64,000 bases of DNA from an uncultured Phycisphaerales bacterium (lineage in GTDB: Bacteria > Planctomycetota > Phycisphaerae > Tepidisphaerales > Tepidisphaeraceae). The position numbers and the translations under genes are program-made. The stretch spans positions 512,001-576,000 of the forward strand of contig CAVWVQ010000003.1 in NCBI GenBank assembly GCA_963758525.1, given 5' to 3'. The notes below the pieces were generated by a model. That model saw only the letters and a list, made by a program, of their open reading frames with translations. It was not told where the DNA came from and ran no database searches. Shown one piece after another: positions 56,381-64,000 of this stretch (position 1 is the first letter of the stretch; each line of letters begins with the position of its first letter).

Positions 56381-58042
56381 TTGTCCCGCATCCTCATCCT
56401 CATCCTCTTCATGCTCTGGCTGGCCTGGGACCCCGCCCAGTCGGTGGCGCCGCCGCCGCTCTCCATTGCGGTCCCTGTTTTCCTGGGAGGCTATTTTCTT
56501 TTGGTGCTCGGCACCGCAATCTGGGGCCGCCACGTTTCTCGCAAAGTGGCGGCCCGGAACTTCCAAACCAGCTTGCGGCGATTCAATCTCACAATGGAAG
56601 CCGCCCGCATCGCAATTCCGATCTGGTTTGGAATCGGGCTCTGTTTCCTCGGCTGGCGCGATGCGGTTGCCGAAGTGCTGCGACCTTCGCTCATGATCAG
56701 CGTCCTGGGAGTGATCGTCGGCACGCTCCCGCCATTGGCGGCGTGGATGGGACTCTGGTGGTCGCAATTCCCGGCCGATCGCGCGCTGCGGGAGCAGAGC
56801 ATTCTTGCTCTGATTGACAACGATCTTCCGCTGCACGCCCCCCCGCGATTCGCCAGCTATTTCCTGTCCAATCTCCGCCTGCAGGTCTTGTTTCTCGGAA
56901 TCCCCGTGCTGCTGATCGTGCTCGGCCATGACGCGGGCATCCTGCTGGGAAGCTTTCTTCATCTGCAGGAGCGACCGGCGGAGATTCTGGAACTGGCGTC
57001 CTGGATCGTCTCCATCGCCGCCATCTTCATCTTCGCGCCCGAGATCCTCCGTCGCGTGCTGCACACCGAATCGCTCGGCGATTCCGCATTGCGCCAACGG
57101 CTCGATGCGCTGTGCCGACGCACCGGGATTCGCTACCGTGACATCCTGTTGTGGAAGACCGATCACAACATGGGCAACGCCGCCGTCATGGGTTTTGTCC
57201 CGCGCCTCCGGTACATCCTCCTGTCCGATCTGTTGATCGAGAGCATGCCGGATGACGAAATCGAGGCCGTCTTCGCGCACGAATTGGGTCACATCGTGCA
57301 TCGGCATCTGAACTGGTACGTCGTTTTCGTGGTGGTGCTGGGACTGATCAACGCCGGCCCGGGCACTCGCCTGGGCGAGGCCATCGCCAGCCGCCTGGGC
57401 GGACACGCTCAGGATCTGCTTCCCGCCTCCCTCATGATGGGGACGTTCCTGCTGCTCTTTGGGTACGTGAGCCGCAAATTCGAACGCCAGGCGGATGTGT
57501 ACGCCGCCCGCACGATGCAGATGCGCCATGTGCAGCAATCACCGGACGGCGCTTCAATTGAGCGAATCGTTGACAGTTCCAGCGGCCCTATTCTCCCCTC
57601 CGCTGGTACTCCGGGAGAGGGTCAGGGTGGGGGCCTTCTCCGTCAGGGGCGCTCGAATTCGATGCGAGCCATTGGCGCGATCGAGCCCCCACCCCAGCCC
57701 TCCCCCCGAGTACCAGGGGAGGCGGAAAACGTCGCTGTCGCGCAGCGTGCGGCGTCTGACGCCCGCCCGCTCAGTCAGCCTTTCGTTTCCTTTGTCGGCC
57801 CCTACGGCGCATCTCTGTTCGCCTCCGCCCTGCGTCGCGTTGCCGTGGTGAACAACATCCCGGTCGGCGCCCGAAGCTGGTGTCACGGGTCGATCGCCAC
57901 GCGCATGGAGTATCTCCAGGGGCTCAGCGCGGATCCGCAACGAACCACCCGCTTCGATCATTTCATGCGTCGGCTCTACGCATCCATCATCGCCGCCCTG
58001 GTCGTCTCCGCGACGGTGTTCGCAATGACTTCTTACTCCTGA
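56381..58042 (+). CDS. M48-family (HtpX/Ste24-like) membrane zinc metalloprotease
   Basis: GNAAVMG, ILLSD.L, EIEAVFAHELGH, SRKFERQAD, HGSIATR; multiple TM segments; contains an in-frame REP doublet. Confidence 0.9.
   Translation: MSRILILILFMLWLAWDPAQSVAPPPLSIAVPVFLGGYFLLVLGTAIWGRHVSRKVAARNFQTSLRRFNLTMEAARIAIPIWFGIGLCFLGWRDAVAEVLRPSLMISVLGVIVGTLPPLAAWMGLWWSQFPADRALREQSILALIDNDLPLHAPPRFASYFLSNLRLQVLFLGIPVLLIVLGHDAGILLGSFLHLQERPAEILELASWIVSIAAIFIFAPEILRRVLHTESLGDSALRQRLDALCRRTGIRYRDILLWKTDHNMGNAAVMGFVPRLRYILLSDLLIESMPDDEIEAVFAHELGHIVHRHLNWYVVFVVVLGLINAGPGTRLGEAIASRLGGHAQDLLPASLMMGTFLLLFGYVSRKFERQADVYAARTMQMRHVQQSPDGASIERIVDSSSGPILPSAGTPGEGQGGGLLRQGRSNSMRAIGAIEPPPQPSPRVPGEAENVAVAQRAASDARPLSQPFVSFVGPYGASLFASALRRVAVVNNIPVGARSWCHGSIATRMEYLQGLSADPQRTTRFDHFMRRLYASIIAALVVSATVFAMTSYS
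57595..57722. repeat. REP-like doublet (family A) inside the M48 coding sequence
   Basis: CCCCTCCGCTGGTACTCCGGGAGAGGGTCAGGGTGGGGGC ... GCCCCCACCCCAGCCCTCCCCCCGAGTACCAGGGGAGG. Confidence 0.88.
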
Positions 58043-58116
58043 GCTGACTTCCGGCTCCTCCCCTTTTTCCTTTCACTGCGTTCCGCAGTTTACCCGCCGC
58101 GGCGGGTGCCTTACCC

Positions 58117-59007
58117 TCACTTCCTCCGTGCCTCCGTGTCTGCCCTCGCTGCCTTCAGTTCTCCCTGCGCCTCAATCAACTCCTGCTTCGCCGCCACGGT
58201 GTCTGGATCCACTTCCGCCGCCGCGCTGATCACCTTTTGCAATGCTGTTTTGGCATTGATATATCGCTGCGCCGTCGCGACCAGTTCCGGGTTGCCCGGA
58301 TCACCGTTGGCGCGGGCGGCGTTGAGTGCCGCATCGGCGGCATCGAGTTCTGACTTGGCCGACTGATACGCCGGCGTCTGCGAAAGTGCCGGCAACAGAC
58401 CCGCTGTTGCCGCTTCAACCTTCGCGCGTGCGCGGCTGACGGCCGCCGAAGCCTCGCTGTATCGCTGGGTTGCGCTGGGCGTTAGCGCCGCCGGGAAACT
58501 CGGTGCCGCAGTCACGGCAGCCGGCGCGGGCGGCGGAGGCGCGGCCCCCTGCGAAGCCCCGGAAGCATTCGGCGAGGGCGCCGAACCTCTGCTGCCCGGC
58601 GTCATGTCGAAAATGGTGCCGCTGCCAACCGGCTTCTCCACCACGGGCGCCGGCGCGGCGACCACCGGGGCCGGAGCCGGCTTCTGATCGATGACCGGCG
58701 CCGGTTTGAAGCGAGCTTCCCATTGCTTGAGCTGATCCACCACCTGCACGCGCGTGCCTTCATGGGAGATCCCGAACCCCGCGACTGAACCGCATGCCAG
58801 CAGACCCAGGAACGGCACGAACTTCCCGGTGTTTCCAATCAGCATCGATCCGAGAACCGCGAGCAGCGCCAGCATCAGGCCGACCGCGCCGATGAAGACG
58901 GCTCCCTTTTCCAGCCGGCCGGTTTGCAACGCGTACCACGCCACCCCGCCGGCCGCGATCGCGAGGATTCCCAGCGCGCTGATTTTCTTTCGTCGCGAGC
59001 GTGCCAT
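58117..59007 (-). CDS. Hypothetical membrane protein with Pro/Ala linker and coiled-coil C-terminus
   Basis: Three N-terminal hydrophobic segments, a low-complexity linker and an Ala-rich helical tail. Confidence 0.65.
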   Translation of the reverse strand: MARSRRKKISALGILAIAAGGVAWYALQTGRLEKGAVFIGAVGLMLALLAVLGSMLIGNTGKFVPFLGLLACGSVAGFGISHEGTRVQVVDQLKQWEARFKPAPVIDQKPAPAPVVAAPAPVVEKPVGSGTIFDMTPGSRGSAPSPNASGASQGAAPPPPAPAAVTAAPSFPAALTPSATQRYSEASAAVSRARAKVEAATAGLLPALSQTPAYQSAKSELDAADAALNAARANGDPGNPELVATAQRYINAKTALQKVISAAAEVDPDTVAAKQELIEAQGELKAARADTEARRK

Positions 59008-59085
59008 GCCGGTTCCTTGCACTCGCGCGTCCGCGCGATGGGTGAAGGTTCACTTGAAGCAGTCTCCCGCTTTTAGATCACACGT

Positions 59086-59636
59086 TCAAGACTGCTTCCG
59101 CGACCACGGAACATCCTGTATTCCCGCCTCAAAGTTTGACCAGCGCGCCTGCACGAAGAGCCAGTCGCTCAGCCGGTTCAAATACGTAAGCACAAGAGGA
59201 TCCATCCGCTCCGCCATCGCGAGCTGCACCGCCAACCGCTCCGCGCGCCGGCAGACCGTTCTTGCCACGTGCAGCCGGGCGGCGGTTTCGCAACCGCCGG
59301 GCAGAATGAAATTCCGCAGCGGCGCGAGCGGCGCCTCGGCGGCGTCGATCTCCTTTTCCAGGCGATCGATGCTCGCCTGCCCAAGCGGTTCCATCCCTGG
59401 CGGGCGCGAGCGCCAGCGGGCGTCGCCAATTCCGCGCCAATCACAAACAGCTCCCCCTGCGTCACCGTCAGCAGCTTCCGCAACGAACCTGGCGCGGGGA
59501 CGCAAGCCATGCCGATCCCTGCGTTGAGCTCATCGACCGTGCCGTAACATTCTATGCGCGGATCGCTCTTGCGGACCCGGCTTCCGCCGAACAATCCGGT
59601 CGACCCGTCGTCGCCGGTGCGGGTGTAAATCTTCAT
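59086..59636 (-). CDS. PduO-type cob(I)alamin adenosyltransferase (frameshift near 59400-59420)
   Basis: MKIYTRTGDDGSTGL.GG.RV.K...RIECYGTVDELNA, LF.IGAELATP; next frame LRNFILPGG...AARLHVARTVCRRAER, YLNRLSDWLF..AR. Confidence 0.93.
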
Positions 59637-59638
59637 GT

Positions 59639-60760
59639 TCAGGCCGTCGTGTTCAGGTAAACGTACACGTCGCCGTTGCGCAGCAGAATCAGATCATCTT
59701 TCCCGCTGCCGGTCAGATCGGCCGAGTAGATCCCAAATCCCGTCGGCCCGGCCCCTGCCACCGGCGTCGACTGCGCGAATGTCGCGTCTCCATTCCCGCT
59801 CAAGACCCGCAGCGTCGTCGTGAAATCCACCACCGCCAGGTCGTCGTCCCCGTCCCCATTGAAATCGCCCGCCGCGATCGACTCCAAAAACGCGCCGGCG
59901 TGAATCACCACCGGCGCCTTGGAGAACGTTCCATCCCCATTCCCAAGACGCAGGAAAATTCCGTCGCGAAACGTTCCGTTCACCGCGGCAATGTCTTCGA
60001 TGCCGTCGCCGTTGAAATCGCCTATCGCCAGCCAGACCGGGGCGGTGCCAAGTTGCGACGTCATCTTCAAGGCAAACGTGCCATTCCCGTTTCCCAGCAG
60101 CACGCGCACGCCCTTCTGGGCCGGCAGCGCAACGACCACGTCGGGAATTCCGTCCCCGTTGAAATCGCCGGTGGTCATGTAGCTGATCGAGCCGACGCTG
60201 ACATGATATCGCACCTCTGGAGTGAGCAGGCCCCCGTCGTTGTTGATGATCCCGACGGCGTGCGGCGTGCTGATCGCCAGATCAGTGAACCCATCGTGAT
60301 TGAAGTCCGCCGCCACGATCTTGCGGCCGCCTTGAATAATGCGGTAGCTCTGGGCTTTGGCAAACGTTCCATTCCCACTTCCGAGGTACACTATCACTAC
60401 GTCATCCGTGTCGCTCGCCCCGGCGAGGTTGATGGTTTTCGTGACTGGAAGCACGTCAGTCACCACCGCCAGATCCGTCTTCCCGTCGCCATTAAAATCT
60501 CCGGCGACAACAGCAATCGGATGGTCCAGCGTGATCGGCGTCCCCTTGAAGAACGTCCCATTGCCATTATTGATCAGGATGGTGATGGAATTATTTTCCG
60601 GATTCGGGATCGCCATGTCCGAAAATCCGTCCCCGTTGAAATCACCCAGCGCCACGTAATGCGCCGGCTGCCCGCTGCGGTAGATGGCCGGCGCGGCGAA
60701 CGTCGCCGCCGCACTGAGCAACACCCGGCTCTCCAACGCCTCCACGCCATTCACCGACAT
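59639..60760 (-). CDS. FG-GAP/VCBS-repeat extracellular protein with LEPR-XLL-type N-terminal motif
   Basis: VEALESRVLLS, then about 7 GDFNGDG.xD repeats with LGNG.GTF turns. Confidence 0.9.
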   Translation of the reverse strand: MSVNGVEALESRVLLSAAATFAAPAIYRSGQPAHYVALGDFNGDGFSDMAIPNPENNSITILINNGNGTFFKGTPITLDHPIAVVAGDFNGDGKTDLAVVTDVLPVTKTINLAGASDTDDVVIVYLGSGNGTFAKAQSYRIIQGGRKIVAADFNHDGFTDLAISTPHAVGIINNDGGLLTPEVRYHVSVGSISYMTTGDFNGDGIPDVVVALPAQKGVRVLLGNGNGTFALKMTSQLGTAPVWLAIGDFNGDGIEDIAAVNGTFRDGIFLRLGNGDGTFSKAPVVIHAGAFLESIAAGDFNGDGDDDLAVVDFTTTLRVLSGNGDATFAQSTPVAGAGPTGFGIYSADLTGSGKDDLILLRNGDVYVYLNTTA

Positions 60761-60850
60761 ATTCAACTCCTGGCCCAACCGCGCCGCGAAAGTCCGGGGA
60801 GCGTACACGAAGCACGCCATGTGAGATAGTCGGTGCTTCCCGCTATAATC

Positions 60851-61090
60851 ATGGCATTACGTAAGACGACTTCCAGCAGTTGCTCGACGCACTGGCAGAG
60901 CGATCACCGTTTCGTGCCTTTCACCGTTGAACTGGTCGGCGGTCGGCGCTTCGAAGTTGATCGCGCCGGGCGCTGGTGGAGCGAGACGGGGTCGCCGTGT
61001 TTATTGCCCCGGGAGGAGTGCCAATCTGGTTTGATCAAGAGAGCGTCACGGCGATAGCCGGCGACACGGCGGGCACCTCGGCGTAACCGC
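60851..61090 (+). other. Small conserved hypothetical gene, frameshifted or degenerate
   Basis: Stitching frames gives DDFQQLLDALAERSPF..FTVELVGGRRFEVDR..ALVERDGVAVFIAPGGVPIWFDQESVTAI, resembling a small-protein pattern I associate with planctomycetes (from memory). At least two shifts are required. Confidence 0.45.
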
Positions 61091-61174
61091 CGTCTCGCGT
61101 AATGTCGTTCTCTTTTGGAAGGCTTTTGCCGCGCCTCCCGCGAAGATGGGATACTTCCAATACAAGCGTCAATC

Positions 61175-61648
61175 ATGACAAGAGCAGATGACAATGCGGG
61201 CGAAAGTGATCCCTTTGACCTGAACCGCTTCCTGGCCGCGCAAGAAGATTGCTACGACGATGTTCTCGCGGAACTCAACGCCGGCCAAAAGCGCACGCAC
61301 TGGATGTGGTTCATCTTCCCGCAGCTTGATGGCCTGGCGTTCAGCGCAATGTCAAAACGGTATGCGATCAGGAGTCTCGAGGAGGCTCAAGCATACCTCG
61401 ACCACCCCATCCTCGGACCGAGACTGCTCCAATGCGCGCAGGCGGTCGTAGACGTTGAAGAACGATCCGCGGCAGAGATCTTCGGCTCCCCCGACGATCT
61501 CAAACTGAAATCGTGCGCAACGCTCTTCGCGGCAATGTCACCTCCCGATTCCGTATTCGAGCGCATCCTTGCGAAGTATTATGACAACGTTCCAGATGAC
61601 CGGACGCTGCAACTGGTCGAGAAGTTGAAGAAACAGGCGGCCGATTGA
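61175..61648 (+). CDS. DUF1810 domain protein
   Basis: DPFDLNRFLAAQ...Y..V..EL..G.KRTHWMWFIFPQL.GL..S.MS..YAI.SL.EA.AYL.HP.LG.RL, IFGSPDDLKL.SC.TLF. Confidence 0.92.
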   Translation: MTRADDNAGESDPFDLNRFLAAQEDCYDDVLAELNAGQKRTHWMWFIFPQLDGLAFSAMSKRYAIRSLEEAQAYLDHPILGPRLLQCAQAVVDVEERSAAEIFGSPDDLKLKSCATLFAAMSPPDSVFERILAKYYDNVPDDRTLQLVEKLKKQAAD

Positions 61649-61728
61649 AATGGCATCTGGCTGAGACGTTGTTTCGGAAACCTTCCCCCTCTCCCGGTAC
61701 TCCGGGACAGGGCTCTGAATCAGGTGAA

Positions 61729-63632
61729 GCTGAAGCAAACGGATTCAGCAGGCTGGCTGCACGAACAAGGTGCAGCGGAGAATTGCCAACACTCAGAAGC
61801 TGGCTCTTCACTTGATCGCGGCGGGCCTGGTCATCCGCATTGCGGAGACAATGGCCTTGGCCAATCCGTGTCACAACCCATTGAGATCTTCGCGCGCTGC
61901 GCAAATTTTCCCGGGCAGGCGATCAGCCAAAAGATCAAGAGCCGCGAAGACGCGAAGACGCGAAGACAAACGCGAAGGAAGACAATTCAATTGCACCTGA
62001 AACCCCAAGGCACAATTCCCTGGGCTTCGATCCCTTATTTTTGATTTTCTTACCTTCGCGTCTCTCTTCGCGTCTTCGCGGCTCTTCGTTTTGGTTGCGG
62101 CTGAAGCAAACGGATTCAGCAGGCTGGCTGCACGAACAAGGTGCAGCGGAGAATTGCCAACACTCAGAAGCTGGCTCTTCACTTGATCGCGGCGGGCCTG
62201 GTCATCCGCATTGCGGAGACAATGGCCTTGGCCAATCCGTGTCACAACCCATTAAGATCTTCGCGCGCTGCGCAAATTTTCCCGGGCAGGGGATCAGCCA
62301 AAAGATCAAGAGCCGCGAAGACGCGAAGCCGCGAAGACAAACGCGAAGGAAGACAATTCAATTGCACCTGAAACCCGAAGGCACAATTTCCTGGGCTTCG
62401 ATCCCGCATTTTTGATTTTCTTACCTTCGCGTCTCTCTTCGCGTCTTCGCGTCTTCGCGGCTCTTCGTTTTGGTTGCGGCTGAAGCAAACGGATTCAGCA
62501 GGCTGGCTGCACGAACAAGGTGCAGCGGAGAATTGCCAACACTCAGAAGCTGGCTCTTCACTTGATCGCGGCGGGCCTGGTCATCCGCATCGCGGTGGCA
62601 ATGGCCTTGGCCAATCCGTGTCACAACCCATTGAGATTTTCGCGCGTGTGCAAATTTTCCCGGGCAGGCGATCAGCCAAAAGATCAAGAGCCGCGAAGAC
62701 GCGAAGACGCGAAGGAAGACAATTCAATTGCACCTGAAACCCCAAGGCACAATTCCCTGGGCTTCGATCCCGCATTTTTGATTTTTCTTACCTTCGCGTC
62801 TCTCTTCGCGTCTTCGCGTCTTCGCGGCTCTTCGTTTTGGTTGCGGCTGAAGCAAACGTTTTCAGCAGGGTGGCTGCACGAACAAGGTGCAGCGGAGAAT
62901 TGCCAACACTCAGAAGCTGGCTCTTCACTTGATCGCGGCGGGCCTGGTCATCCGCATTGCGGAGACAATGGCCTTGGCCAATCCGTGTCACAACCCATTG
63001 AGATCTTCGCGCGCTGCGCAAATTTTCCCGGGCAGGCGATCAGCCAAAAGATCAAGAGCCGCGAAGACGCGAAGACGCGAAGCCGCGAAGCCGCGAAGAC
63101 AAACGCGAAGGAAGACAATTCAATTGCACCTGAAACCCGAAGGCACAATTCCCTGGGCTTCGATCCCGCATTTTTGATTTTCTTACCTTCGCGTCTCTCT
63201 TCGCGTCTTCGCGTCTTCGCGGCTCTTCGTTTTGGTTGCGGCTGAAGCAAACGTTTTCAGCAGGGTGGCTGCACGAACAAGGTGCAGCGGAGAATTGCCA
63301 ATACTCAGGAACTGGCTCTTCACTTGATCGCGGCGGGCCTGGTCATCCGCATTGCGGAGACAATGGCCTTGGCCAATCCGTGTCACAACCCATTGAGATC
63401 TTCGCGCGCTGCGCAAATTTTCCCGGGCAGGCGATCAGCCAAAAGATCAAGAGCCGCGAAGCCGCGAAGCCGCGAAGACAAACGCGAAGGAAGACAATTC
63501 AATTGCACCTGAAACCCGAAGGCACAATTCCCTGGGCTTCGATCCCGCAGTTTTGATTTTCTTACCTTCGCGTCTCTCTTCGCGTCTTCGCGTCTTCGCG
63601 TCTTCGCGGCTCTTCGTTTTGGTTGCGGCTGA
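61729..63632. repeat. Tandem array of five ~370-395 bp structured units
   Basis: Units begin GCTGAAGCAAAC at 61729, 62100, 62479, 62846 and 63241 (lengths 371, 379, 367, 395, 387). Near-identical, differing by SNPs and by copy number of the CGCGAAGA/TCTTCGCG octamer. Confidence 0.95.
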
Positions 63633-64000
63633 GCGAAGCGAGGCAGCGCTGGGCATATCTCTCGCCTGCGCGAGTGATGGAAAAAGCTTGATCTGCTGGA
63701 CAGTGCCGTCGTTATGGAGTTCGAGGACACGGCCCTGGCGCAGATCGAAATCCTCGCCGTTGAGCGTGAGGAACAATGGATTAACCGATTCCCGCAGGTA
63801 GCCGAATGTGCGGCCGTTATCGATTTTCAGGGAGCCCTTATCGATCCACTCCAGCGAATGGGTGTTGTACGAGCTGCCGACGGCGATGCCGAATTCCCCG
63901 GCATAGACGATCACATAATGGACGTCGACACCGTCATCCACGATCAGCGCGGAATGGTCGTTGTGCGTGATGGAGGTCGTTTTGGGATATTCGCTGCGGA
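63447..64000 (-). CDS. Hypothetical protein, 5' end beyond the window; 3' end runs into the tandem array
   Basis: Frame is open to the window edge (RSEYPKTTSITHNDHSALIVDDG...LNGEDFDLRQGRVLEL). The last ~65 codons derive from repeat DNA. Confidence 0.6.
   Translation of the reverse strand, partial: RSEYPKTTSITHNDHSALIVDDGVDVHYVIVYAGEFGIAVGSSYNTHSLEWIDKGSLKIDNGRTFGYLRESVNPLFLTLNGEDFDLRQGRVLELHNDGTVQQIKLFPSLAQARDMPSAASLRSAATKTKSREDAKTRRREERREGKKIKTAGSKPRELCLRVSGAIELSSFAFVFAASRLRGS

Noticed and set aside
62032..62046. tRNA-like element in the array units (GGGCTTCGATCCC just upstream resembles a T-arm)
   Set aside because: No D-arm, anticodon arm or acceptor stem could be built around it.
61770..63512. 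Repeated 76-aa ORF (MQRRIANTQKLALHLIAAG...) as a peptide gene array
   Set aside because: GTG start with weak RBS; the frame changes between copies with octamer number; similar ORFs occur in several frames and on both strands. No evidence of coding selection.
61729..63632. CRISPR array
   Set aside because: Units are ~375 bp and near-identical throughout, with no unique spacers; no cas genes in the window.

Overview
GC-rich bacterial chromosome segment, most consistent with a planctomycete of the class Phycisphaerae (Tepidisphaerales-like). The inference rests on LEPR-XLL-type 'ExLESR' N-terminal motifs, recurrent PATQP motifs, mcsA/mcsB and the intergenic repeat style. Core content: pabB-like and trpE genes, a NitT/TauT-type ABC transporter, moaD-NIL, a sugar ABC ATPase, nusA-infB-DUF503-rbfA, hisG, tRNA-His plus hisS, yebC, a PTPS paralogue, mcsA-mcsB, an AsmA-like protein, a hybrid kinase, and a complete pstSCAB-phoU-phoB-phoR operon. 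Accessory content: an intact IS630, three REP-like palindrome families (nested, IS-interrupted and in-frame inside genes), many intergenic 7/8-mer tandem arrays, a REP-flanked toxin-antitoxin cassette, a ParD-like/topoisomerase VI-A-like remnant or fusion, and a five-copy ~370-395 bp tandem array near the right edge. The most notable observation is a tRNA-His(GUG) with no genomic G-1, a G1.U72 pair and A73, lying 18 nt upstream of a HisRS with Caulobacter/Rhizobiales-type signatures; this looks like a co-inherited divergent (orthogonal-type) HisRS/tRNA-His pair in an apparent planctomycete. Many conserved genes carry single-base frameshifts that are most likely long-read sequencing errors. All calls come from reading the sequence; no searches were run.
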